From a virus: a stretch of 38,997 nucleotides of DNA. Positions 31,908 to 38,997 of the stretch are shown here, piece after piece. Position 1 is the stretch's first letter; the number at the start of each line of letters is the position of its first letter. The notes below the pieces were generated by a model. The model was not told where the DNA came from. It was given only the letters and a program-made list of their open reading frames with translations, and made no database searches. The stretch covers positions 1 to 38,997 of IMG/VR virus record IMGVR_UViG_3300029571_000023; one strand, written 5' to 3'. A program made the position numbers and the translations under genes.

Positions 31908-32189
31908 ATGAATAGCAATACCGTTTCCGCCATCGTCATCGCCGTCGAGTTTGCCCTCCGCGCGGTGTGCGTCTACGCCATTTTGCGCGTAACGCTGACG
32001 CTTTTTAAGATCGACAAGGCAGAGAAAGCCGAAAAAGAGCGCGACGCGGCGCTTACCTACGTCCCGGAAATCTGCCGGACGTGCGCCTGGGGCGCATCGT
32101 GCAAAAAAGACGACCTATGCTGCCCCTGCCCGGAGTGGAAGTTCTGCGGGAAAACAATCGTGGAGGTGTTCGGCGATGACGACGGATGA
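31908..32189 (+). CDS. TM + Cys-rich small protein (in frame with the MTase remnant)
   Basis: Internal ATG 8 nt after [58 protein letters not shown]. Confidence 0.4.
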   Translation: MNSNTVSAIVIAVEFALRAVCVYAILRVTLTLFKIDKAEKAEKERDAALTYVPEICRTCAWGASCKKDDLCCPCPEWKFCGKTIVEVFGDDDG

Positions 32190-32658
32190 ACTTCTGAAAG
32201 CGCTGGCGCGCCTTCGCGTTGAGACCGGTTCCCTTGCCTGCCTCGGCTGCGGGCGCGAGCATAATTGCAGCACGCACGGCTGCCAGATCCTGCGCGAGGC
32301 GGCGGCTCAGCTTGAGCATTTTACCGCCGAGAACCGGGCGCTGCGCAACGCTTTGGCCACGAAGCCGACGAAGCGCTCGCTGTATGCAAGAGCCACGTAC
32401 CTGCGGGAGATGGTAAAAGAGCTGAACGCTCAGCGGGAAAAGACCGAGGCCGAGAGGGACGCGCTGCTTGAGCAGATAAAAGCGCGTCGCTCGTGTCTGG
32501 ATTGTAAGCATTTCGACTACTGCGAATTTGATGATGCGACTGTCATCGACTGCATGAACTGTGTGACGAAAAATTGTCCATGTTACCAATGCGGCAATTC
32601 CAACCGCTGGGAATGGCGCGGCTTGCCGGGAGCGCCGGAGGAAGGAGAAAAGGCATGA
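32176..32658 (+). CDS. Cys-rich coiled-coil hypothetical protein
   Basis: 160 aa, SD GGAGGTG. Confidence 0.5.
   Translation: MTTDELLKALARLRVETGSLACLGCGREHNCSTHGCQILREAAAQLEHFTAENRALRNALATKPTKRSLYARATYLREMVKELNAQREKTEAERDALLEQIKARRSCLDCKHFDYCEFDDATVIDCMNCVTKNCPCYQCGNSNRWEWRGLPGAPEEGEKA
32631..32658 (+). repeat. 28-bp gene-boundary repeat AGCGCCGG(A/C)GGAAGGAGAAAAGGCATGA, copy 1
   Basis: 27/28 identical to 33505-33532. It carries the stop of one gene plus the SD and ATG of the next. Confidence 0.85.
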
Positions 32659-33137
32659 AAGCTGTTTTAATCAGCATCCGCCCGAAGTGGTGCGAGAAGA
32701 TCATCAGCGGAGAGAAAACGATCGAGGTGCGCAAGACGCGACCGAAGATGAACCCGCCGTTTAAGTGCTACATTTACCGTTCGGTTCAGGGCGGCGTCAT
32801 CGGCGAGTTTGTATGCGACGACATTTTTGAAAGGATCGTCAGAGTAGGAACAAGCTGTGAACCGCCGAAATATTGCATCTGCGATTGGAACATGGACTGC
32901 ACCCCACTTGATACGCTTCTTGCGGATGCCTGCCTGACAAAAGACGAGCTGGAGAAGTATCTGGACGGCGGCGTCGGCTACGGATGGCACATTTCCAACC
33001 TCAGAATTTACGATCACCCGCGCGAACTGCGGGAATTTTATGCTGTGCCAAATGAGGTAGAGGTAGCGCTCAAGGCAAAACCCAAGCCGGTCACCCGCCC
33101 GCCGCAGAGCTGGCGCTATGTGGAGGAAGACACATGA
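32655..33137 (+). CDS. ASCH-domain protein
   Basis: [31 protein letters not shown].. is a typical ASCH N-terminus. Confidence 0.65.
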   Translation: MKAVLISIRPKWCEKIISGEKTIEVRKTRPKMNPPFKCYIYRSVQGGVIGEFVCDDIFERIVRVGTSCEPPKYCICDWNMDCTPLDTLLADACLTKDELEKYLDGGVGYGWHISNLRIYDHPRELREFYAVPNEVEVALKAKPKPVTRPPQSWRYVEEDT

Positions 33138-33532
33138 GCTACGATATTTCGTTCAAGGTCAAAGTCGAAGGAGTTGATACCTACGTCCCCGTTGGTGAGT
33201 GCGACGCAAATATAACTTGGAACGCTCGGAAGATTATTGAGAAGTCAACTGGGCTGGAATGGAAGAACTGCCAGAACAATGGGCTTTGCGTGGATGTAAT
33301 TCCAAAAATCGAGGCTGGCTTGAGAACGTTGGAGCAGAACCCAGATTCGTTCAAAGAATACGAAGACCCGAACGGGTGGGGGACGGTAAAAGAAACAGCA
33401 CAATTTTTCCGGAACATTCTTAACGATTGGAATGATTTCCAGCAATGGTATGAAGAACTTGTTCCGGTTACGACGTTTTGGATTGGATGCTGGCTTCTTA
33501 CGGAAGCGCCGGCGGAAGGAGAAAAGGCATGA
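33134..33532 (+). CDS. Hypothetical early protein
   Basis: 132 aa, SD GGAGGAAG. Confidence 0.5.
   Translation: MSYDISFKVKVEGVDTYVPVGECDANITWNARKIIEKSTGLEWKNCQNNGLCVDVIPKIEAGLRTLEQNPDSFKEYEDPNGWGTVKETAQFFRNILNDWNDFQQWYEELVPVTTFWIGCWLLTEAPAEGEKA
33505..33532 (+). repeat. 28-bp gene-boundary repeat, copy 2
   Basis: See 32631-32658. Confidence 0.85.
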
Positions 33533-33876
33533 GACTTACAACGGATACCCCGAAAAACAATCTTGAAATGGCGCTGAACCTGTTCTACGTCAAGGACAAA
33601 GAGGTATGGGTGCGTGGATACGGGAAGAACGGCGCAGACATCAGCCTGTTCGACCTGTCGCGGGATCTGACCAGATGGAACTGCCCGTATGTGGACTTGG
33701 ATATCTCGGATGATTCCTTCTCGACGATGATGGCCGAATGGCTCTGGGAAGATGTTGAATCGTTCGAGCACGTTTTGGCTCTGCTCTATCAGGCAGCATG
33801 GGTATGCGCGGAGCTGCGCGAACATTTGAAGGAGTTCGAGGACAAGGAGGATGCCGATGGAACGAATAACGTTTGA
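33529..33876 (+). CDS. Hypothetical early protein
   Basis: ATG 33529 (ATGA overlap). 115 aa. Confidence 0.5.
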   Translation: MRLTTDTPKNNLEMALNLFYVKDKEVWVRGYGKNGADISLFDLSRDLTRWNCPYVDLDISDDSFSTMMAEWLWEDVESFEHVLALLYQAAWVCAELREHLKEFEDKEDADGTNNV

Positions 33877-34324
33877 AGGAAGCTTCTGCGACATTGCGCA
33901 ATGTCGCGAGCTGCCTTGCCCGTATGACGGAAGTTGCACGCAGAAGGAGGTATGGGAAAGGCTCAAAGCATATGAAGATTCGAGATTATCACCGCAGGCG
34001 TGCGCCGAGGCACGAGAAATAGAGGAAACACTTTCCGGCTGTGGTTACTCCATCTCACGAATGGTGGATCTGATGAAAGCCGACAAGGACGGGCGCGTCG
34101 TGATTCTGCCGTGCAGGCAGGGAGATGAGCTGTGGACATACTGCAATCACCCGGTTAAGCGGGTATATAGTTTTACCGTATCGGACGTGAGCACACTGAA
34201 CGGGCGGACTGTGCTGAATACGCTAGGTCTCGGGACGATCAGCCCAGAGGACATCGGCAAAACCGTTTTTCTGACCCGCGAAGAAGCCGAGAAGTCTTTG
34301 CAGGAAATGGAGGGCGAGGCATGA
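33857..34324 (+). CDS. Hypothetical early protein
   Basis: ATG 6 nt after AGGAGG. Cys-rich N-terminus. Confidence 0.5.
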   Translation: MERITFEGSFCDIAQCRELPCPYDGSCTQKEVWERLKAYEDSRLSPQACAEAREIEETLSGCGYSISRMVDLMKADKDGRVVILPCRQGDELWTYCNHPVKRVYSFTVSDVSTLNGRTVLNTLGLGTISPEDIGKTVFLTREEAEKSLQEMEGEA

Positions 34325-34512
34325 AGGTAATTCTGGTCGAGAGCGATCTTATTGGCAGACTTGAGACGTTAGTCAACGGTGCTATCGAGAAATTTACGCC
34401 GGAACGCGTGGTGGACATTAAGTACAGCTCCGCGATTGATGGCAGATCCCACGAACATTATTACTCCGCGATGGTGATTCTCAAGGATGAGGAGGGCAAG
34501 AAGGATGGATGA
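34321..34512 (+). CDS. Hypothetical early protein
   Basis: 63 aa, coupled start. Confidence 0.45.
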   Translation: MKVILVESDLIGRLETLVNGAIEKFTPERVVDIKYSSAIDGRSHEHYYSAMVILKDEEGKKDG

Positions 34513-34807
34513 AAAGAAAATCTTAGGGACAGCACTATCCTTTTATGGATGCGAAATTCAGCAAGTCATCGCAATCGAAGAACTGAGTGAGCTGCAAAAA
34601 GAGCTGTGCAAAAGTCTTAGATCAGGAGCTGACAAGCCGCACATTTCTGAAGAAATCGCGGACGTACAAATCATGCTGGAGCAAATGATGATGCTTTACG
34701 AGTGCCACGAGGATGTTGCGGTCTGGCGGAAGAAAAAGGTTGCGCGCCTGCATGATCGGCTAATCCGTGATGGGGGTATAGGAGGTGACGACAATGTTTC
34801 AGATTGA
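34505..34807 (+). CDS. MazG-like nucleotide pyrophosphohydrolase (small phage type)
   Basis: ..QVIAIEELSELQKELCK..ISEEIADVQIMLEQM.. has EExxE and ExxD helices typical of MazG-like proteins. Confidence 0.5.
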   Translation: MDEKKILGTALSFYGCEIQQVIAIEELSELQKELCKSLRSGADKPHISEEIADVQIMLEQMMMLYECHEDVAVWRKKKVARLHDRLIRDGGIGGDDNVSD

Positions 34808-35129
34808 GCTTTTATCCGGCGGCGTTTTCTGGGTGTACGCCGTATACCCGCAGAATAGCGCGTTTTTGATTTGGAAAGACGACCACTGGGTTTGGATGGC
34901 GGCTGATAAGTGTAAACCGTATGTCCAGCCGTGGGCAGTTACTACCGGCGATAACTTTCCGTCCACAGACGCTGTGCCGGTGGTGCGTTGCAAGGATTGC
35001 AGATACCTGGGGAGGGAGCTAGACAAAGGGCTTTACAGCTGCGATGACTACAACCTGCCATATTGCGAGCCGGACAGCTATTGCAGCCACGGCAGGCGGA
35101 AGGAGGAGACAAAACATGCGGTTGATTGA
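34794..35129 (+). CDS. Hypothetical protein with a C-terminal VPVVRCKDCRY Cys motif
   Basis: ATG 8 nt after GGAGG. Confidence 0.5.
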   Translation: MFQIELLSGGVFWVYAVYPQNSAFLIWKDDHWVWMAADKCKPYVQPWAVTTGDNFPSTDAVPVVRCKDCRYLGRELDKGLYSCDDYNLPYCEPDSYCSHGRRKEETKHAVD

Positions 35130-35406
35130 CGCGGACGCATACAAAAAACTGCATCAGTCAAAATGCGTGGGCGACTGCGGCTGCTGATCGAGCATCACCG
35201 ACGGCATGATCTGCACGCTGATCGACGAGGCGCCGACCGTGGAAGAGGCAATCGTGCCGCTGAAATGCAAATACTGCGGCTACTCATACCAAAAAATGCC
35301 GCCGTCCGGAGAACCGCTGTTCCGTTGGTGCCGGAAGTGGCAAAACATCGTCCGGGACACCGATTTTTGCAGCTATGCAGGAAAACGCGGAGAAGTAGAC
35401 GTATGA
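35116..35406 (+). pseudogene. RLIDADA...APTVE-type phage protein interrupted by an in-frame TGA at 35185-35187
   Basis: MRLIDADAYKKLHQSKCVGDCGC*SSITDGMICTLIDEAPTVEEAIVPLKCKYCGY.. lies in a single frame. Only the first ATG has an SD (GGAGGAG). Confidence 0.5.
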
Positions 35407-35837
35407 GCGGGCTGCGCTTTGAGTCGATGGCGGACATGCCACCGAGAATGCGGGAGATTTACGCCAAACAGCGTCTTCCGGAGGCACAGCAGGAGCAGAA
35501 ACGGCAGGCAAAGTACAAAAACGCGCCGGAGAAGCGCGCCGGGGTACGCTTTGACAGCAAAAAAGAGGCGCAGCGCTATGACGAGCTTTTGACCATGCTG
35601 CGGGCTGGGCTTATCTCGGATCTGAGGCTGCAACCACAGTTTACATTGCAGGAGAGCTACTGCACCGAGACCGGAGAGCGGGTCCGCGCGGTGAGATACA
35701 CGGCGGATTTTTCGTACCGAGCCGGAGGGAAACTGATTGTCGAGGATGTCAAGTCAACGGCAACGCGGACAAAGGAGTACCTGCGCAACAAAAAGTTTAT
35801 GCGCTCAAAATTTGGAATCGACATACAGGAGGTTTGA
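35403..35837 (+). CDS. DUF1064-family protein (PD-(D/E)XK-like, putative Holliday-junction resolvase)
   Basis: ..VRFDSKKEAQRYDELL..LRLQPQFTL..VRYTADFSY..LIVEDVKS.. is the DUF1064 pattern. Confidence 0.65.
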   Translation: MSGLRFESMADMPPRMREIYAKQRLPEAQQEQKRQAKYKNAPEKRAGVRFDSKKEAQRYDELLTMLRAGLISDLRLQPQFTLQESYCTETGERVRAVRYTADFSYRAGGKLIVEDVKSTATRTKEYLRNKKFMRSKFGIDIQEV

Positions 35838-35838
35838 C

Positions 35839-36027
35839 ATGGACGAGGAAACCAAAGCAAGACCGGAGCCGCCCTGCGGCTTGCCGAAGCAAGGAAACAA
35901 CTGCGCCAACAAAAGCGCGATCTTTTGCGCAAAGTGCGGATGGAATCCGGAAGAGCAGGCGCGGCGCAAGGCGCTGCCGCTTACCAAAAACGGGGCGGGC
36001 TTGCTGCATAAGGATATCGGCACATAA
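35839..36027 (+). CDS. Small Cys4 (zinc-ribbon-like) protein
   Basis: ATG after AGGAGG. CGLP..C..CAKCGWNP. Confidence 0.45.
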   Translation: MDEETKARPEPPCGLPKQGNNCANKSAIFCAKCGWNPEEQARRKALPLTKNGAGLLHKDIGT

Positions 36028-36401
36028 AATAGGCAACCAGCCGGGGTACATATTTATATTATCTGGACTTTTGCCGCTGCCGCTCCGCCATGAGACGGCA
36101 GCGGGAGGATTGCCCCGACTTTTGCAAACCGCCTGCGGGCTGGATCAACCGCAGGCGGGAATGAAAAAGCGTGTGGAACGTGCGCTTTGTGGGACGTTAC
36201 CCAACGCCGGACCGCGCAAGGACCGGCGACATCGCATGACCTCCCAATCCCCCAAGCCGGCTGAGCAGACAAGGGCGGCTCGCCCGGAGACGCGCAGCGA
36301 TCATGCGGATGGCGCGGCGCGCCGGGTGCAGGCGGTGAAAGTCCGTCACTGCAAGGGGACCGGGTTTCCGGTCCCCGGACGAAAATAAAAGGAGCGGGAC
36401 A
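36028..36401 (+). other. 370-bp GC-rich, hairpin-dense non-coding region (candidate structured RNA or replication origin)
   Basis: Perfect stems at 36074-82/36096-104 (9 bp), 36129-38/36149-58 (10 bp) and 36355-63/36368-76 (9 bp, GTTT loop). ORFs here on both strands lack an SD and look R/P/G-rich and unlike real protein. Confidence 0.4.
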
Positions 36402-36611
36402 ATGAGAAACATGTTTGGAGCCGCAGAAACGAGAGAAAGCGGAGTCTACGGATACCTACGGGACCCGAGGCGCGCAACAAAGGGGCTTTGCTACAATGTG
36501 CGCTGCTCGGGACGGAACAATTACAAGGGTGCATGGAGCTGCACAAACTGCTATCTGTGCGTCGAGCGGAAATTAGCCCGCCAGTCTCGGCGGGAAGTTA
36601 TAACGATCTGA
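36402..36611 (+). CDS. Small basic Cys-containing protein
   Basis: SD AAGGAG. 69 aa. Confidence 0.45.
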   Translation: MRNMFGAAETRESGVYGYLRDPRRATKGLCYNVRCSGRNNYKGAWSCTNCYLCVERKLARQSRREVITI

Positions 36612-36624
36612 AAGGGGCATCAAT

Positions 36625-36972
36625 ATGGCAAAAATCATGGAGCTGTTTTATGGCGAGCTGGGGCAATTTCAAACAGCGATGGAAGATGAAAAGTGGGAGG
36701 TTGATTTCCGGGGCGAGAAATACCCGCCGCGTATCACAATGGACCAGCTGACACCGCCGCTGTTTGAAGTCACGGAGGACGGACCGCAGCGAGAGCCGCC
36801 AGCCTGCATACAGGTGATCGGGACGCCGGATCTGCGCGTTATCACGACTGGCAAGCTCCAGATCAGCAAGAAAGAACTGAACCGCTACGTGAACACCGCT
36901 GAAAAGCTGTTGCTGCTCTATCTGCACGGATTTATGCAGGAACAAAAGGAACTGGAGGCGGAGAAGGGATGA
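36625..36972 (+). CDS. Hypothetical protein
   Basis: 115 aa, SD AAAGGGG. Confidence 0.5.
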   Translation: MAKIMELFYGELGQFQTAMEDEKWEVDFRGEKYPPRITMDQLTPPLFEVTEDGPQREPPACIQVIGTPDLRVITTGKLQISKKELNRYVNTAEKLLLLYLHGFMQEQKELEAEKG

Positions 36973-37295
36973 ATTTTGCGCAGAGGCTCAAGGAGACGTT
37001 ACAGACAGGTCTGGATATAGGCTTTAAGGCAGGCGTACAGAAGGGCTGCGATATATGGATGGCGGCGCTTGCGCAGGAGGGCTTCGGCGCTGAACGCATG
37101 ATTCGAATGTATGAGCGCGTGGAGGCGATAAACAACGAGCTGGGAATTGCGTGGATGTGCGAGCCGGAGTCTGACTACGCGCAGGAGCAGCTGGACCGGA
37201 TTCTGGAGCCGGTCTGCGGGGACCGTTTCACACCATTTCGCGACCGAAATCCGGATGTCAAGCAGTTTAACTATAAAAGGAGGGAACGAAAATGA
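36969..37295 (+). CDS. Hypothetical protein
   Basis: 108 aa, ATGA coupling. Confidence 0.5.
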   Translation: MNFAQRLKETLQTGLDIGFKAGVQKGCDIWMAALAQEGFGAERMIRMYERVEAINNELGIAWMCEPESDYAQEQLDRILEPVCGDRFTPFRDRNPDVKQFNYKRRERK

Positions 37296-38035
37296 GTGAG
37301 AAAAACAAGCGAGCCGAGGAACTTCTGTTTGGAAAGGAGCGCATGACATTCGCAGAGATCATGCAATCCATGGAGGCATGTGCAAAGATCAACTGTGAAA
37401 AGTGCGCACTTCACGCGATCATTGACGGATGGAGTCAGGTGGACTTACCAGACTGTAGCACGGTCCTGATGAAAAACGCGACAGACACGCTGCTGGAGTA
37501 TTACAACAAACTCCGAACACCAGAACCGGCGGTCAACGCAAAGGCGGAGGAACGCCACGAGGAATGTAGCAGCAAGGTCGAGGGTTATCTGGATTCCTGC
37601 CCGGTCTGCCCGAACTGCAATTACATATTTGACGAGTTTAGTATAAGCGAGGAAGTATACATACAGCATTTCCCGTTCGGCGGTGAGGACCGGCTCGCCC
37701 TGAAAAAAAGCGAAATGGAAGTTAATCCAACAAAATGCCCGAAATGCGGGATGCGGATCACGGGAATCAGATGGACGACGGGAGATACCGTCGGGGGAAG
37801 ATTTGGGTATTTTTTCAGCCGCGCGCGCAAAGAGGAGCTGCACCGAGAGGAAAGCAGCGAAGAAAACCGGAAGGTTTGGCGCTGGGATGATATCTTCCAG
37901 GTATTTCGCTGCCCAGTTTGCGGTCGACCGGAAAAGCCATCGATGAAACTGCGGGCAAAAAGCGGCGTGCAGTACGTTCTGCCGCAGAAGTGCGGTTATT
38001 GCGGCGCCCAGATGGAAGGAGTTGAGGCAAAATGA
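37292..38035 (+). CDS. Multi-zinc-ribbon protein
   Basis: 247 aa, SD AGGAGGG. Several CxxC pairs (CPVCPNC, CPKCG, CPVCG, CGYCG). Confidence 0.5.
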   Translation: MSEKNKRAEELLFGKERMTFAEIMQSMEACAKINCEKCALHAIIDGWSQVDLPDCSTVLMKNATDTLLEYYNKLRTPEPAVNAKAEERHEECSSKVEGYLDSCPVCPNCNYIFDEFSISEEVYIQHFPFGGEDRLALKKSEMEVNPTKCPKCGMRITGIRWTTGDTVGGRFGYFFSRARKEELHREESSEENRKVWRWDDIFQVFRCPVCGRPEKPSMKLRAKSGVQYVLPQKCGYCGAQMEGVEAK

Positions 38036-38238
38036 TCATTGATATTCTGGAGCTTGCGGCGGTGCTGGAATGGCTGGCATTGGGAGCGCTGACGTTTTTC
38101 AAGCTGCGCAGCCTGAACCGCCGCGCGGATAAGGTCATGAAAGAGGCTGAAGGTGTTTTTACGCCGAACGAATTACGGGAGGCTTTTGGGAAAGAGCCAA
38201 TGCAGGAGAACATTAAGTATTTGGATGCTGATCGCTGA
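38032..38238 (+). CDS. Small N-terminally membrane-anchored protein
   Basis: 68 aa. TM LELAAVLEWLALGALTFF. Confidence 0.45.
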   Translation: MIIDILELAAVLEWLALGALTFFKLRSLNRRADKVMKEAEGVFTPNELREAFGKEPMQENIKYLDADR

Positions 38239-38300
38239 ACGCATGGGCGGAACTTCCGCCCACGCTTTGAGCGGGCAGAAGAAAAAAGGAGGGCTGAACC

Positions 38301-38997
38301 ATGCAATGGCAGCAGGGATGCTTGTTTGATGACAACCAGGAGTATGACGCTTTCACGGAGAAATTCAAACCAAAGAAGACGACGGACGATTGCTATACGC
38401 CGCCGCTCGTTTATGATGCGATCCGGGATTGGGTATGCGGAGAGTACGGGATCGACCAGACCAGAATCGTGCGACCGTTCTATCCGGGCGGAGATTATGA
38501 ACGCTTTGACTACCCGGACGGCTGCGTCGTGCTGGACAACCCGCCGTTCTCAATTTTGAGCAGAATTTGTGAATTTTACATCGACAGAGGAATCGCATTT
38601 TTTCTTTTTGCGCCGTCACTCACATGCTTTAGCGGGCGCAGCGTAGTGATGCGGATGAACCACATTATTTGCGACGCCGACATTACATATGAGAATGGGG
38701 CAGTTGTTAGAACGGCGTTTGTGACGAGTTTCGGTGGTAAGATTGCGCAGACCGCGCCGACACTCAGAAAAGCAATCGAGCGGGCAATGCAGACGATCAA
38801 GGAGGGAATGAGGAAGGAATTACCAAAGTATACATATCCGGATTATGTTCTGACGGCAGCGATGATGCAAAAGTACGCACATTATGGGGTTGATTTTGCG
38901 GTGCAAAAAGAAGACTGCACGTTTATAGCAAAGATGGACGCGCAGTCGGAACACGGAAAAGCTATCTTCGGAGGCGGGCTATTGCTTTCTGAGAAAG
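38301..38997 (+). CDS. DNA methyltransferase, amino-MTase type (NPPF motif); continues at 1..197
   Basis: AGGAGGG SD. ..TTDDCYTPPLVYDAI.. and ..CVVLDNPPFSIL.. ((D/N)PP(F/Y) motif IV). The frame is open to the window end. Confidence 0.6.
   Translation, partial: MQWQQGCLFDDNQEYDAFTEKFKPKKTTDDCYTPPLVYDAIRDWVCGEYGIDQTRIVRPFYPGGDYERFDYPDGCVVLDNPPFSILSRICEFYIDRGIAFFLFAPSLTCFSGRSVVMRMNHIICDADITYENGAVVRTAFVTSFGGKIAQTAPTLRKAIERAMQTIKEGMRKELPKYTYPDYVLTAAMMQKYAHYGVDFAVQKEDCTFIAKMDAQSEHGKAIFGGGLLLSEK
38911..38997. repeat. Second copy of the 87-bp terminal overlap
   Basis: Identical to 1-87. Confidence 0.95.

Noticed and set aside
35185-35187. Selenocysteine (UGA) decoding after ..GDCGC
   Set aside because: I could not fold a convincing SECIS-like hairpin in the 40 nt downstream. 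Only weak 4-bp pairings and a direct CTGATCGA repeat are present, and nothing indicates a Sec system.
36330-36380. Cobalamin riboswitch or RNase P-like element based on GGUGAAAGUCCG
   Set aside because: Only this short string resembles those RNAs. The other conserved elements (B12 box; P4/P1-P3 architecture) are not recognisable by eye. It stays as an unclassified structured region.
35834-36388. 184-aa plus-strand ORF as a real gene
   Set aside because: It overlaps the SD-supported 35839..36027 gene in another frame. The remainder is R/P/G/A-rich, lacks an SD and coincides with the hairpin-dense region.

Overview
The window is one complete temperate siphovirus genome assembled as a circle. 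Nt 1-87 are identical to nt 38911-38997, so the unique length is 38,910 bp. The backbone is high-GC with strong GGAGG-type Shine-Dalgarno (SD) sites, which suggests a Gram-positive, probably Clostridia-class host (inference).

Plus-strand backbone, in order:
- An amino-type DNA methyltransferase that wraps the junction, an HUH Rep-like protein, a RinA/sigma-region-4-like activator and an HNH endonuclease.
- A probable cos region, TerS (P27-type), TerL, portal, ClpP-like prohead protease and an HK97-type capsid.
- Connector proteins, the major tail protein, a G/GT tail chaperone pair with an A_AAA_AAC -1 slip site, and the tape measure.
- Tail-tip and receptor-binding cassettes.
- XhlA, two holins and an NlpC/P60-like endolysin.
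- About 30 small early genes, including an ASCH protein, a MazG-like protein, a DUF1064 nuclease and a truncated C5-methyltransferase.

Accessory content is unusually dense:
1. A reverse-strand RelE/ParE-RHH toxin-antitoxin (TA) cassette sits inside the tail module, with a perfect 26-bp palindromic operator.
2. A self-contained, AT-richer NYN-nuclease moron is bracketed by near-identical terminator hairpins.
3. A five-gene operon of Cys-rich membrane/secreted-looking proteins lies upstream of attP.
4. A candidate attP has a tRNA 3'-end-like core and GAACACAG arm repeats next to a tyrosine integrase.
5. Between int and the CI-like repressor lie a membrane-anchored HTH regulator, a TerB-like x2 + BRCT protein and a type III TA locus. 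This TA locus is the clearest signal not visible in the ORF track. It consists of a promoter, two 46-nt tandem RNA repeats, a terminator and a ToxN/AbiQ/CptN-like toxin.
6. A small membrane-anchored gene is hidden inside a spurious 556-aa antisense ORF.
7. A 370-bp GC-rich hairpin-dense non-coding stretch separates the early genes from the downstream genes.

All family names come from motif recognition by eye. No database search was run.
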